Assembly (NCBI GenBank): GCA_051955175.1
Contig: JBQCHA010000159.1
Coordinates: 10,791-74,790 of the forward strand
Length of the DNA: 64,000 nucleotides
Reading direction: 5' to 3'
DNA from: Sphingomonas sp.
GTDB lineage: Bacteria; Pseudomonadota; Alphaproteobacteria; Sphingomonadales; Sphingomonadaceae
In this document: positions 38,595 through 48,853 of the stretch, piece after piece
Layout: each line of letters opens with the position of its first letter
How positions within the stretch are numbered: the stretch's first letter is position 1
Translations under genes and position numbers: made by a program
The notes under the pieces: generated by a model
What the model saw: the letters and a program-made list of their open reading frames with translations, nothing else
The model's database searches: none
What the model was told of the DNA's origin: nothing

Positions 38595-39134
38595 TCATCC
38601 CGGCATGAACACGCCGCAGGCGACACGCGGGCCGCTGTTGCCGGCGGGATCGCTCATCAGATCGTCGGGCCCGGCGTGGATCACGATCGCCGAACCGTCG
38701 CTGTCGAGCAGTCCGGCCATGGTCGCGCCGGGCACGTTGACGGCGATCGAGCCATGACCGTCGGTATTGATGTCGAGATTGGGCAGGTCGCCCATATGCG
38801 GCCCGGCGGGGTTGTTGGCGCCGTGATGCGTGCCGAGCGGGTTCCAATGCCCGCCGGCGCTGGTGAAATCGGGCGGATCGCAGCGGCCGACGGTGTGCAC
38901 GTGCACGCCGTGCTGGCCGGGGAGCAGCCCCTGCGCATCCAGCGACAGCCGCAGGCCGCCCTCCACCTCCTGCGCCACGGCGCGGCCGACGGTGCGGCCG
39001 TCGGCGCCGTGCAGGATGGCGGTCGCCATCAGGCCCGGCGTGGCCAGTGGGCGGCCGACATGATGGTTCGCGTTGGAACACCCCGCCAGCGCGGCCGCCA
39101 TCACTGCCGCCATCGTCAATCGTCCGCTGCGCAT
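38595..39134 (-). CDS. sodC: Cu/Zn superoxide dismutase, lipoprotein
   Basis: LAGC lipobox, HGVHVH, SAGGHWNP, HMGDLPNL, VIHAGPDD, GNSGPRVACG. Confidence 0.93.
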   Translation of the reverse strand: MRSGRLTMAAVMAAALAGCSNANHHVGRPLATPGLMATAILHGADGRTVGRAVAQEVEGGLRLSLDAQGLLPGQHGVHVHTVGRCDPPDFTSAGGHWNPLGTHHGANNPAGPHMGDLPNLDINTDGHGSIAVNVPGATMAGLLDSDGSAIVIHAGPDDLMSDPAGNSGPRVACGVFMPG

Positions 39135-39290
39135 CCCATCCTCCGCTTGCCGTGTGCCGGCGATGCTACCCTACCCCGCCGACGCCGGCCAGCCGCCAAT
39201 CGGCACGGGCCCGACACGACGACGCCCGCCGACGGAGGTCCGCCGGCGGGCGCCTGTGCTCCACCGCTGCCTGAGCGGCGACGCGGCGGA

Positions 39291-39845
39291 TCAGGCCGGC
39301 GTCAGCTCCTTGCTCAGTGCCTCGAGCACCGCCTTGCTGAAGGCGGGGATGTCGTCGGGCTTGCGGCTGGTGATGAACTGGCCGTCGACCACCACTTCCT
39401 CGTCGACGACCTCGGCGCCGGCGTTGGCGAGATCGGTGCGGACCGAGGGCCAGCTGGTCATGCGCTTGCCCTCGACCACGTCGGCTTCGACCAGCAGCCA
39501 CGGCGCATGGCAGATCGCGGCGACGATCTTGCCGGCGTCGACGAACTCCTCGACGATGTCGATCGCCTTGTCCTGCAGCCGCATCTTGTCGGGGTTGCCG
39601 ACGCCGCCGGGCAGCACCAGCGCGTCGTAATCGTCGACGTCGACCTCATCGAGCGTCATGTCCGGGGTGATCGTCTCGGCCTTGTCCAGGTCGTTCTGCA
39701 CGCCCTGGATGGGGTCGGTCTTGATCGAGGCGAGCTTGACCGTGACGCCGGCGTCCATCAGCGCCTCGCGCGGCTTGAACAGCTCCGACTGCTCGAAGCC
39801 GTCGGTGGCGAGGATCAGCACGGTCTTGGTCGAAAGGTCAGCCAT
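39291..39845 (-). CDS. PfpI / DJ-1 family protein (type 1 glutamine amidotransferase fold)
   Basis: DGFEQSEL, LPGGVGNPD, AAICHAPW, TSRKPDD. Confidence 0.92.
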   Translation of the reverse strand: MADLSTKTVLILATDGFEQSELFKPREALMDAGVTVKLASIKTDPIQGVQNDLDKAETITPDMTLDEVDVDDYDALVLPGGVGNPDKMRLQDKAIDIVEEFVDAGKIVAAICHAPWLLVEADVVEGKRMTSWPSVRTDLANAGAEVVDEEVVVDGQFITSRKPDDIPAFSKAVLEALSKELTPA

Positions 39846-39885
39846 TTCGGGGGTTCTCCTTGGCGGGGTTGTGCGTTGCCGTCTC

Positions 39886-39935
39886 AACGATGCCCTGGCC
39901 GTGGCGTTCCGGAACGAAGCGATCAGCCGCGCATT
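39886..39935. promoter_or_regulatory. Back-to-back divergent EcfG promoters
   Basis: Minus strand GGAAC-N16-CGTT (39886-39910); plus strand GGAAC-N16-CATT (39911-39935). Confidence 0.75.
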
Positions 39936-39967
39936 TGGATCGGCAGCGCGCCAAGGAAGGAACCGAG

Positions 39968-40972
39968 TTGCCGAATATCGTCTATCGCGATGACAGCGAA
40001 CCGGGCATCACGCGCAAGAAACTTCGTCACGGCTGGGGCTATTGGGATGCGGAAGGCAACCGCATCACCGATCGCGAGGAGATCGATCGGCTGAACGCCA
40101 TCGGCTTGCCGCCGGCCTATCGCGACGCCTGGTTCTGCCCCGATCCAAACGGCCATATGCAGGCGGTCGGCTGGGACGACAAGGGCCGCAAGCAATATCG
40201 TTACCACACCGGCTTCCGCGAGGCGCGCGAGGCGGAGAAATACGAGCTGTGCCGGGAGTTCGGCGAGGGGCTGACCAAATTGCGCAAGCAGGTCGAGAAG
40301 GACCTGCGCCACCGCAGGATGGACAAGGCGCGCGCGGTCGCCGCGGTGGTGCGGCTGCTCGATCTCGGCTTCGTCAGGATCGGCAGCGAATGCTATGTGA
40401 AGTCGAACAAGAGCTTCGGTGCGACCACCTTGCGCAAGCGCCACGCCGATCTCGACGGGCGCATGCTGAAGCTGCAGTTCAAGGCGAAATCGGGCAAGAT
40501 GCGCGAGATGGCGATTGCCGACGGATCGCTGATCCGTTTCGTGCGCAACTGCCAGGACCTGCCGGGGCAGCACCTGTTCCGCTGGGTCGACAGCGACGGC
40601 GCGACGCATCCGGTGAGCTCGACCGACGTCAACGATTACATTCACAAGGCGATGGGCGAAGCCTTCACCGCCAAGCATTTCCGCACCTGGGGTGCAAGCG
40701 TGATCGCGTTCGAGACGCTGGCGACGGCGAAACGTGACATCAGCCTGAAGACGATGCTAGAGCCCGTCACCGCGGCATTGGGCAACACGCCGGCGATCGC
40801 CCGCAGGTCCTATGTCCATCCTCGCCTGATCGATCTGGTCAAGAACGGTCAGGCGGCGTTTCGCGAGGCGCTCTCGCTGCCTCGCAAGACCAAATATCTC
40901 TCGCGCATGGAGCGCGGCCTGATCGCCTTCCTCGGCACGGAGCAGGCCAGCGAGATGCGCAGCGCAGCCTGA
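39968..40972 (+). CDS. Bacterial DNA topoisomerase IB (poxvirus-like)
   Basis: PPAY..AW, GRKQYRYH, RIG, FKAKSGK, KHFRTWGAS, LGNTPAIARRSY (catalytic Tyr); TTG start after GGAAGGAA. Confidence 0.92.
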   Translation: MPNIVYRDDSEPGITRKKLRHGWGYWDAEGNRITDREEIDRLNAIGLPPAYRDAWFCPDPNGHMQAVGWDDKGRKQYRYHTGFREAREAEKYELCREFGEGLTKLRKQVEKDLRHRRMDKARAVAAVVRLLDLGFVRIGSECYVKSNKSFGATTLRKRHADLDGRMLKLQFKAKSGKMREMAIADGSLIRFVRNCQDLPGQHLFRWVDSDGATHPVSSTDVNDYIHKAMGEAFTAKHFRTWGASVIAFETLATAKRDISLKTMLEPVTAALGNTPAIARRSYVHPRLIDLVKNGQAAFREALSLPRKTKYLSRMERGLIAFLGTEQASEMRSAA

Positions 40973-40982
40973 AAGGGAACCA

Positions 40983-42239
40983 ATGATCGCCAGCAACACG
41001 ACGGCCGCCGCCAACACGACCGCTGCCGCCGCGCCTGACGCCCCGAGGAATTTCCAGCTCCAGTTCCAGGGGCTGGTCCGCTCGACCGGCGCCTGGTTCC
41101 AGACCCATTGGCTGCAGATCATCATTGCGGCGGCCGTTGCCGCGGTGATCGTGATCGCGCTCTACACCGTGCGGCGGTACGGCGAAAAGCTGTGCAGGCC
41201 GGGGCGGCCGCTGGGCAGCTGGGGCACCGTCGCCGGGCGCGCGATCGCCCGGACGACCAACTATTTCATCATCATGGTCGCGATCCGGCTGGTCGCCGGC
41301 TACGCCGCGCCGCCGCCGACCGTCGCGCACCTGATCGAGGTGCTGGCGACCATCGCGACCGTGCTGCAGGTGGCGATCTGGGCGCGCGAGATCATGCTCG
41401 GCGCGATCGAGCACCGCACCTCGTCCGAACACTACCAGGGTGAGGCGATCATCAACGCGATGGGGCTGATCCGGCTGCTGATCAGCGTCGTGGTGTTCGC
41501 CATCGCCGCGGTGGTGCTGCTCGACAATCTCGGCGTCAACGTGACCGGCCTGGTCGCGGGCCTCGGCGTCGGCGGCATCGCCATCGGCCTCGCCGCGCAA
41601 GGCATCTTCGCCGACCTGTTCGCGGCGCTGGCGATCATCTTCGACCGGCCGTTCGGCAAGGGCGACGGCGTCAATGTCGACGGCAACTTCGGCACGATCG
41701 ACGCGATTGGCCTGAAATCGACGCGCATCCGCCTGTACACCGGCGAGATGATGGTGATCTCGAACAAGAACCTGCTCGACAAGATCATCGTCAACCTGGC
41801 CGGACGCCAGAAGATCCGGACCAAGTACACGATCGGCGTGGCGTACGAGACGCCGGTCGAGACGCTGGAGCGGCTGCCGACGATGCTGAAGGAGCTGGTC
41901 GAAAGCGTCGGCGGCGAGGCGAGCCGGTCCGGCTTCGAGGCGTTCGGCAGCAGCTCGCTGGACCATGCGGTGTGGATCGACACGCCGGGCAGCGACTGGA
42001 GCGTGGCGCACGGCACGCGCGACAAGTTCCTGGTCGCGGTGATGAAGAAGTTCGCCGAGGAAAGCATCACCATCGCCTATCCGACACAGACGACCTACAC
42101 CGCCGCGCCCGACGGCACGCTGGTGATGCCCTACCCGGACGTGCAGCCGGTCAAGCGCGTCGACCTGAAGGACGACGAGAAGCCGGCCGCAGGCGCCGAG
42201 CCGCGGTCAAAGGCCGAGGGGAACCGCGGCGCCGCGTGA
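40983..42239 (+). CDS. MscS-family mechanosensitive channel
   Basis: LVAGLGVGGIAIGLAAQ, DRPF..GD, IGLKSTRIR. Confidence 0.92.
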   Translation: MIASNTTAAANTTAAAAPDAPRNFQLQFQGLVRSTGAWFQTHWLQIIIAAAVAAVIVIALYTVRRYGEKLCRPGRPLGSWGTVAGRAIARTTNYFIIMVAIRLVAGYAAPPPTVAHLIEVLATIATVLQVAIWAREIMLGAIEHRTSSEHYQGEAIINAMGLIRLLISVVVFAIAAVVLLDNLGVNVTGLVAGLGVGGIAIGLAAQGIFADLFAALAIIFDRPFGKGDGVNVDGNFGTIDAIGLKSTRIRLYTGEMMVISNKNLLDKIIVNLAGRQKIRTKYTIGVAYETPVETLERLPTMLKELVESVGGEASRSGFEAFGSSSLDHAVWIDTPGSDWSVAHGTRDKFLVAVMKKFAEESITIAYPTQTTYTAAPDGTLVMPYPDVQPVKRVDLKDDEKPAAGAEPRSKAEGNRGAA

Positions 42240-42695
42240 GGCGAGGAAGCCGCGCCAGCCGGCGATCGTCATCGCGCCGGTATATTCGGCCTGCATCTCG
42301 GGCGTCAGCACCTCGACCATGCGGCTGCCCTCGACCCACAGTTCGATGACGCCGAACGCGCCGCCGCGCTTGCGGTATTTGGCCGGCCAGCCTTCGCGCC
42401 GGGCGATCGTCAGCACCTCCTCCATGTCGAGATCGGTGCCCATCGCGATGTGCGTGGCGGACCGACGGTCCGCCGCACCCGTCACGCCATAGGCGTCGGC
42501 ATCGCCGTCCGCCTCGACCAGTTCGGTGCCGCGCGGATAGACCTCGACGGCGCTGTTGTGCTCGTCGCCGGCCAAGGCGATCCAGCTTCCCTCGGCGACC
42601 GGCGGAAACGGCTCGGCGACGCCGCCCCACAATTCCGCCAGCACACCGGCAACGTGACGCGGATCGTCCGCGTCGATCGACACATGAAAGATCAT
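42207..42695 (-). CDS. VOC/glyoxalase-like hypothetical protein
   Basis: FHVSI...EVYP...HIAM...IELWVE pattern of paired His/Glu; GGAGG RBS. Confidence 0.7.
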   Translation of the reverse strand: MIFHVSIDADDPRHVAGVLAELWGGVAEPFPPVAEGSWIALAGDEHNSAVEVYPRGTELVEADGDADAYGVTGAADRRSATHIAMGTDLDMEEVLTIARREGWPAKYRKRGGAFGVIELWVEGSRMVEVLTPEMQAEYTGAMTIAGWRGFLASRGAAVPLGL

Positions 42696-42734
42696 GCTTG
42701 CGCTCCTCCCGACTCGATGCGCGATCATCTCGCA

Positions 42735-42776
42735 TGGCACAAAATGTGTCAATTGGGTTTGACACAAAAAGTGTCA
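42735..42776. promoter_or_regulatory. Tandem TetR operators
   Basis: TGGCACAAAATGTGTCA (42735-42751) and TGACACAAAAAGTGTCA (42760-42776) between divergent genes. Confidence 0.75.
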
Positions 42777-42793
42777 CGCGCCATGGAGAGGCG

Positions 42794-43372
42794 ATGGATG
42801 CCCCAACTCAATCCGACACCCGCAGCCGTATCGAGGATGCGCTGCTGGAGCTGATCGCCGACGGCGAGGTGCTGAACCACGATCGCGTGGCGGCGCGCGC
42901 CGGCGTGTCGCGCCGCACGGTCTACCGCTATTTTCCCGATCAGGATGCCCTGCGCGCCGCGATGTGGCGGCAGTTGAGCCCACCGGTGGGAATGCCGAAG
43001 GGGCTGCAGGGGATGCTCGACGGGCTTGCCGCGGCGTTCGAGAATTTCGATGCCAAGGCGGCGGCGATGACGGTGGCGATGGCCAGCCCAGAGGGGCGCG
43101 CGATCCGCAACGTGATGAAGCCGCAGCGCACCGCCACCTATCGCGCGATGCTCGACGAGGCCGGCATCGCGCTGCCGGAGCCGGAACGGACCTATGCGGT
43201 TGCCGCGGTACAGCTGCTCGCCAGCGGCTTCGCCTGGCGCGAGATGCGCGATCAGTGGGACATGACCGGCACCGAGATCGCCACCGCCAGCCGCTGGGCG
43301 ATCGAAACGCTGCTCGCCGACCTCCGCCGGCGGGGCGGGCGACCGCTGGAGGAGGGGCCGGTGGAGGGGTGA
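42794..43372 (+). CDS. TetR/AcrR family transcriptional regulator
   Basis: VAARAGVSRRTVYRYFP helix-turn-helix. Confidence 0.92.
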   Translation: MDAPTQSDTRSRIEDALLELIADGEVLNHDRVAARAGVSRRTVYRYFPDQDALRAAMWRQLSPPVGMPKGLQGMLDGLAAAFENFDAKAAAMTVAMASPEGRAIRNVMKPQRTATYRAMLDEAGIALPEPERTYAVAAVQLLASGFAWREMRDQWDMTGTEIATASRWAIETLLADLRRRGGRPLEEGPVEG

Positions 43373-43459
43373 CGCCCGTTGCCGGCCCTTTTTCCGTCAT
43401 TCGAGTTTTGCCGGCGCTAGCGCCGGAAGGGTGAGGGCGAGCGGCGCCCCCTCCCCGCC

Positions 43460-46444
43460 TCACACCGTACTGTCGTCCAGGCTGAGCAGCGTCGCGTTGC
43501 CGCCGGCGCTGGTGGTGTCGATCGACACGGCGCGTTCGGCGACGAAGCGGAACAGATAGTGCGGCCCGCCCGCCTTGGGCCCGGTGCCCGACAGGCGCTC
43601 GCCGCCGAAGGGCTGTGAGCCGACCACCGCGCCGATCATCGAGCGGTTGACGTAGAGATTGCCGACATGCGCGTGATGTTCGGTGACATCGGCCGCCCGC
43701 GCGATGCGGCTGTGCAGCCCCATGGTGAGACCGAACCCCTTCTCGTTCACCCGCTTGATCGTCTCGATGAGCTTGCCCGCCGGCCAGGTGGCAACATGAA
43801 GCAGCGGCCCGAACCATTCCTGCTTCAGGTCCTCGATCGCATCGAGCTTGATCAGCGTCGGCGGCACGAACAGCCCTTCCTCCGGCACGTCGACGGTCTT
43901 CACCCACTGCGCATGCATCGAGTCGCGATACGACATCAGCTTGTCGTAGGCCGCCTGATCGATCACCGGGCCGACATCGGTTTCAGGGTCGCCGGGATCG
44001 CCCAGCACCAGCAGGTCCATCGCGCCCTTCAGCATCTCGATCGTGCTCTCGGCGATATCCTCCTGCAGCAGCAGCAGGCGCAGCGCGGAGCAGCGCTGCC
44101 CGGCCGAACGGAACGACGAGGCGATCACGTCCGCCACCACCTGTTCTGGCAGCGCGGTCGAATCGACGATCATCGCATTGATGCCGCCGGTCTCCGCGAT
44201 CAGCGGTACCAGTGCACGGCTCTCATCCTCCAGCAGCGATCGGGCGATGCGCCGCGCCGTACCGGTCGAGCCGGTGAAGGCGACGCCCTGGATGCGCACG
44301 TCATGGGTGATAGCCGCGCCGATCTCCGGCCCGCCGGCGACCAGGATCAGCACGTCCTTCGGGATGCCCGCCTGATGCGCCAGCTCGACCGCGCGCGCGG
44401 CGATACGCGGCGTCTGCGGCGCCGGCTTGGCGACCACGGTATTGCCCGTGACCAGCGCCGCCACCGTCTGGCCGAGGAAGATCGCCAGCGGGAAGTTCCA
44501 CGGCGCGATCGTCGCCCACACGCCGCGGCCGTCGAGGTGCATCATGTTGCGCTCGCCGGTCGGCCCGGGCAGCTCGACCGATTGCAGGTCGGCCCGCGCC
44601 CGCGCGGCATAATAGCGGCAGAAATCGACCGCCTCGCGCACCTCGGCCAGCGAGTCGGGGATGGTCTTGTCGGCTTCCTGCACGCAGAGCGCCATCAGCT
44701 CGTCGCGATGCTTCTCGAGGAGGTTGCCGAGCTTCTCCAGCATGCTCGCGCGCTCGTCGACCGGGCGTGCCGTCCACTTCGGGAACGCAGCCTGCGCGCG
44801 GTCGATCGCCTGCCACACCTGCGTCGTTTCCAGCGACTGCGCGAAGCCGTCGGCCATGAACGGGTGCGGCTTGTTGACCGCCGCCTGCACGCGCCGCAAC
44901 ACCTTGCTGTCGCTGAGGTCGACGCCGGCACTGTTCAGCCGCTCGGGCTGGTAGAGGTCCTTGGGCAGCCGGATCTCGGGGTGCCGCGTGCCGCCGACCG
45001 CCGCGACCTTAGCGACCGGATCGGCGAGCAACTGCTCCTCCGTCAGGTCATCCTTCGCGAGCTGGTGGACGAAGCTGGTGTTGGCGCCGTTCTCCAGCAG
45101 GCGGCGGACCAGATAGGCGAGCAGGTCCTTGTGCCCCCCGACCGGCGCATAGACGCGGCAGTGATAGCCGTGATCCCGCACCAGCCGCTCGTACAGCCCC
45201 TCACCCATGCCGTGCAGCCGCTGAAATTCGAAGTCGCGGGCATTGCCGGCCCATTCGACGATCGTCGCGACGGTCAGCGCGTTGTGGCTGGCGAACGCCG
45301 GACGGATGTTCTTCGCCTGCAGCATGTCGCGCGCGCAGGCGAGATAGGCGACGTCGGTCGATGCCTTGCGGGTGAACAGCGGGTAATTGTCCAGCCCGTC
45401 GACCTGGGCGCGCTTGATCTCGGTATCCCAATAGGCGCCCTTGACCAGCCGCACGTTCATCACGCGATCGAGGCCGTCGGCCCAGGCGATCACCGGCCGC
45501 GCGCGCTTGCCATAGGCCTGCACCGCCATGCCGAACCCGTCCCAGCCGCTGAGCTGCGGCATGTCGGACACCGCCTTGATGATGTCGAGGCTCATCTCCA
45601 GGCGGTCCTGCTCCTCGGCATCGACGGTGAGTGCGATGCCGCGATCGGCCGCCTGCACGGCCAGCGCGCGCAGCTTCTCGATCAGGTCGGGCACGCAGCG
45701 GTCGTATTGCGCCACCTCGTAGCGGGCGTTGAGCGCGGAGAGCTTGACCGAGATCGAATGTCCGGCGGCACGATCCGCGCCCACCGCATCGATCGCGCCG
45801 ACATAGGCCTGGAAATAGCGCTCGGCATCCTCCGCCGTGCGCGCCGCCTCGCCCAGCATGTCGAAGCTGGCGGTGAAGCCGGCATATTCCGGCTTGGTCA
45901 TCCGCTTCATCGCCTCGTCGATGGTGCGACCCATGACGAAGATCTCGCCCATCTTGCGCATAGCGGCGCCGACCGCCTGGCGCACGAACGGCTCGCCGGC
46001 GCGCGCGATCAGGCGGCGCAACGGCCCCTCCTGCCCCTCGCCGACCAGCGCGCGGCCGACCACCAGCCCCCAGGTCGCCGAATTGACCATGCGCGATCGC
46101 GACTTGCCGCGGTGTGCCAGCCAGTCGGCGTCGCCCAGCTTGTCCGCGATCAGCCAGTCGGCGGTGTCGGGATCGGGCACGCGCAGGAACGCCTCCGCCA
46201 GCGTCATCAGCGCCAGCCCTTCCGAGGAATCGAGCTGATATTGGTTGAGGAACTGGTTCACCCACCCCTTGTTCTGCGCCGCGCGCAGATCGGCGAGCAG
46301 CGACGAGGCCTGGCCCATCACCCGGTAGCGCGTCGACGAATCGGTCCGCGCCCGCTCGATCAGCGGTTTTAGAACGTCGGGTTCGGGCGCACGGTACAGT
46401 TTTGCCATGCTTTCGCGCGCGGTGGACCTAGCGTCAGCAGTCAT
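43460..46444 (-). CDS. putA: Bifunctional proline dehydrogenase / L-glutamate gamma-semialdehyde dehydrogenase
   Basis: SFDMLGEAA, RLVKGAYWD, YLVRRLLENGAN, AETGG, GQRCSALR, GPKAGGPHY. Confidence 0.96.
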   Translation of the reverse strand: MTADARSTARESMAKLYRAPEPDVLKPLIERARTDSSTRYRVMGQASSLLADLRAAQNKGWVNQFLNQYQLDSSEGLALMTLAEAFLRVPDPDTADWLIADKLGDADWLAHRGKSRSRMVNSATWGLVVGRALVGEGQEGPLRRLIARAGEPFVRQAVGAAMRKMGEIFVMGRTIDEAMKRMTKPEYAGFTASFDMLGEAARTAEDAERYFQAYVGAIDAVGADRAAGHSISVKLSALNARYEVAQYDRCVPDLIEKLRALAVQAADRGIALTVDAEEQDRLEMSLDIIKAVSDMPQLSGWDGFGMAVQAYGKRARPVIAWADGLDRVMNVRLVKGAYWDTEIKRAQVDGLDNYPLFTRKASTDVAYLACARDMLQAKNIRPAFASHNALTVATIVEWAGNARDFEFQRLHGMGEGLYERLVRDHGYHCRVYAPVGGHKDLLAYLVRRLLENGANTSFVHQLAKDDLTEEQLLADPVAKVAAVGGTRHPEIRLPKDLYQPERLNSAGVDLSDSKVLRRVQAAVNKPHPFMADGFAQSLETTQVWQAIDRAQAAFPKWTARPVDERASMLEKLGNLLEKHRDELMALCVQEADKTIPDSLAEVREAVDFCRYYAARARADLQSVELPGPTGERNMMHLDGRGVWATIAPWNFPLAIFLGQTVAALVTGNTVVAKPAPQTPRIAARAVELAHQAGIPKDVLILVAGGPEIGAAITHDVRIQGVAFTGSTGTARRIARSLLEDESRALVPLIAETGGINAMIVDSTALPEQVVADVIASSFRSAGQRCSALRLLLLQEDIAESTIEMLKGAMDLLVLGDPGDPETDVGPVIDQAAYDKLMSYRDSMHAQWVKTVDVPEEGLFVPPTLIKLDAIEDLKQEWFGPLLHVATWPAGKLIETIKRVNEKGFGLTMGLHSRIARAADVTEHHAHVGNLYVNRSMIGAVVGSQPFGGERLSGTGPKAGGPHYLFRFVAERAVSIDTTSAGGNATLLSLDDSTV

Positions 46445-46709
46445 TTTAAAGCTTTCGGTTGGGTGAGGCTTGCCCGAACGGGCAGTGCCGGCCTATGTCT
46501 TGGCCCCCGCTACGACGAATGGTCCCTGGAAGCCAAGCCGTGTCTACGATTCCTGGTCAGGAAACGCCGCCACACGCCGGATTGGCAGGGTATCCGGCCA
46601 CCCGTCGCCGGCGGTTCGGGGTGGTGATCGCCGCCCGACCGAGCACCCGGATTTCGTTTTAGCTATCCCCTCCCGTCGGACGGGAGAAGAGAATGAGAGG
46701 AAGCCTGCC

Positions 46710-47888
46710 ATGCGTTCCGCCGTCATCGTCTCCACCGCCCGCACGCCGATCGGCCGCGCCTATCGCGGGGCGTTCAACGCGCTGCCGGCCCAGACGCTGG
46801 CCGCCAAGTCGATCGAGGCAGCGGTCCAGCGCGCCGGCATCGATGGCGCCGAGGTCGACGACGTGGTCTTCGGCGCAGCGCTGCAGCAGGGGCACCAGGC
46901 GAGCAATATCGCGCGCCAGGCGCTGCTGCGCGCCGGCCTGCCGATCACCGTCGCCGGCATGTCGGTCGACCGCCAGTGCGCTTCGGGCCTGATGGCGATC
47001 GCCACCGCGGCCAAGGAGATCATCGACGACCGCATGGACATCACGATCGGCGGCGGCGTCGAGTCGATCAGCCTGGTGCAGACGCCGCAGATGCGCGTCG
47101 CCGCCGATCCCGAACTGATCGCCATGCATGACGACATCTACATGCCGATGCTGCAGACCGCCGAGGTGGTCGCCGCCCGTTACGGCATCGCGCGCGAGGC
47201 GATGGACGAATACGCCCTGCAGTCGCAGCAGCGCACCGCCGCCGCGCAGGCCGCCGGCCGCTTCGACGCGGAAATCGTGCCGGTCACCGCGACGATGAAC
47301 GTGACCAACAAGGAAACCAAGGAAGTCACCCAGAAGGAGGTGACGCTGAACAAGGACGAAGGCAACCGGCCGGAGACGACGCTTGAGGGCCTCAAGGGGC
47401 TGCAGCCGGTGCTCGGCCCCGACAAGACGATCACCGCCGGCAATGCCAGCCAGCTGTCGGACGGATCGGCGGCGAGCGTGCTGATGGAGGAGAAGGTCGC
47501 CGAGAAGCGCGGCCTCACCCCGCTCGGCCGCTATGTCGGCATGGCGGTGGCGGGCACCAAGCCGGACGAGATGGGCATCGGCCCGGTGTTCGCGATCCCC
47601 CAGCTGCTCGAGCGCTTCAGCCTGAAGATGGACGACATCGGCCTGTGGGAGCTGAACGAGGCGTTCGCGGTGCAGGTACTCTATTGCCGCGACAAGCTCG
47701 GCATTCCCAACGAGTTGCTCAATGTCGACGGCGGCGCGATCTCGGTCGGCCATCCCTATGGCATGTCGGGCGCACGGATGACTGGCCACGCGCTGATCGA
47801 GGGCAAGCGGCGCGGCGCCAAATATGTCGTGGTGACGATGTGCGTCGGCGGCGGCATGGGCGCGGCCGGGCTGTTCGAAGTGCTCTGA
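46710..47888 (+). CDS. Acetyl-CoA C-acyltransferase (thiolase)
   Basis: [29 protein letters not shown]. Confidence 0.95.
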   Translation: MRSAVIVSTARTPIGRAYRGAFNALPAQTLAAKSIEAAVQRAGIDGAEVDDVVFGAALQQGHQASNIARQALLRAGLPITVAGMSVDRQCASGLMAIATAAKEIIDDRMDITIGGGVESISLVQTPQMRVAADPELIAMHDDIYMPMLQTAEVVAARYGIAREAMDEYALQSQQRTAAAQAAGRFDAEIVPVTATMNVTNKETKEVTQKEVTLNKDEGNRPETTLEGLKGLQPVLGPDKTITAGNASQLSDGSAASVLMEEKVAEKRGLTPLGRYVGMAVAGTKPDEMGIGPVFAIPQLLERFSLKMDDIGLWELNEAFAVQVLYCRDKLGIPNELLNVDGGAISVGHPYGMSGARMTGHALIEGKRRGAKYVVVTMCVGGGMGAAGLFEVL

Positions 47889-47912
47889 GCCTTCCGACGC
47901 CGACACACGATA

Positions 47913-47939
47913 AAGGGCCGCGGCGAACCCGCGGCCCTT
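47913..47939. terminator. Bidirectional terminator hairpin
   Basis: AAGGGCCGCGG / CCGCGGCCCTT between convergent genes. Confidence 0.65.
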
Positions 47940-47960
47940 CTCGTCCGTGGCGATGGCCGA

Positions 47961-48575
47961 TCAGAAGTGCGCGATCATGCCGGCCATCGGGCGGAAGCTG
48001 TGCGTGCTGCCGAAGGTGTCGACCTCCATGCGCAGGCGCAGGCCGTGCTTGTTGGCGTTGCCCATGCCGAGGTCGCTGGGGCTGAGCTCGACGCCGGCGC
48101 CATAGGTCATGTCGTGGAAGTCCGGCGAATTGTCGCCCAGCGCGTCGAAATTGACCCACTGATAGCCGACCTTGCCATAGATCAGGCCGTCGCCGGCGCG
48201 CACGCCGAAGCGGCCGGCGGCGCCATATTCCCAATCGACGTCGCCGGTGAAGCCCTTGATCACATTGCCCTCGGCGCCGACGAACAGCGGGCCGATCGGC
48301 ACGTTGACGCCGACCACGCCCTGGACGAGGCCGCCCTGGTAATTGCTGCCGGCGTGGACCGGAATACCGGCCGAATTGCGCTCGTTATCGAAATTCTCAT
48401 AGCCGCCCATGATGCCGAGATACGGCTCGATGTGCGACGTGCCGGCGTCGTCCACGGTTGCGGTGCTGCTCGTCGTCTGGTCGGCGGCGGGATACTGGCC
48501 GGTATCGTCCTGGGCGAAGGCAGGCGCGGCGGTAAGCGCGGCAGCCGCAGCGGCCGCGAGGACAAGGGTACGCAT
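47961..48575 (-). CDS. Small outer-membrane beta-barrel protein (OmpW/opacity-like)
   Basis: Signal peptide, alternating beta strands (YGKVGY, YGAGVE), C-terminal Phe. Confidence 0.8.
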   Translation of the reverse strand: MRTLVLAAAAAAALTAAPAFAQDDTGQYPAADQTTSSTATVDDAGTSHIEPYLGIMGGYENFDNERNSAGIPVHAGSNYQGGLVQGVVGVNVPIGPLFVGAEGNVIKGFTGDVDWEYGAAGRFGVRAGDGLIYGKVGYQWVNFDALGDNSPDFHDMTYGAGVELSPSDLGMGNANKHGLRLRMEVDTFGSTHSFRPMAGMIAHF

Positions 48576-48750
48576 GATGATGGAATCCTTACGCTGTTAT
48601 ACGCGGCGCATTGGCGGTATCCCGGCCGCGCCGTGCGGGCCCAAACCATCGGCGGCCGTCCGGTTTCCCTGTTGATGGCGGCATTCGGCGGCTTCTCCAC
48701 GCCACTGTCACAAAAGCGCAACGGTTTCTGTCGCGCACATGAACGGCCGT

Positions 48751-48815
48751 TTACTCGTACAAACACGCGAATACGTCCATTTTTCATTAAGTCGGTCATG
48801 GTAGCGCTCTCAATG
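48751..48815. promoter_or_regulatory. Operator pair shared with the glycan locus
   Basis: TTACTCGTACAA (reverse complement of TTGTACGAGTAA) at 48751-48762 and GGTAGCGCTCTCAATG at 48800-48815. Confidence 0.6.
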
Positions 48816-48853
48816 ACGCCGCCAGACCGCGGGTCGATAGAGAGGATGCGGGG

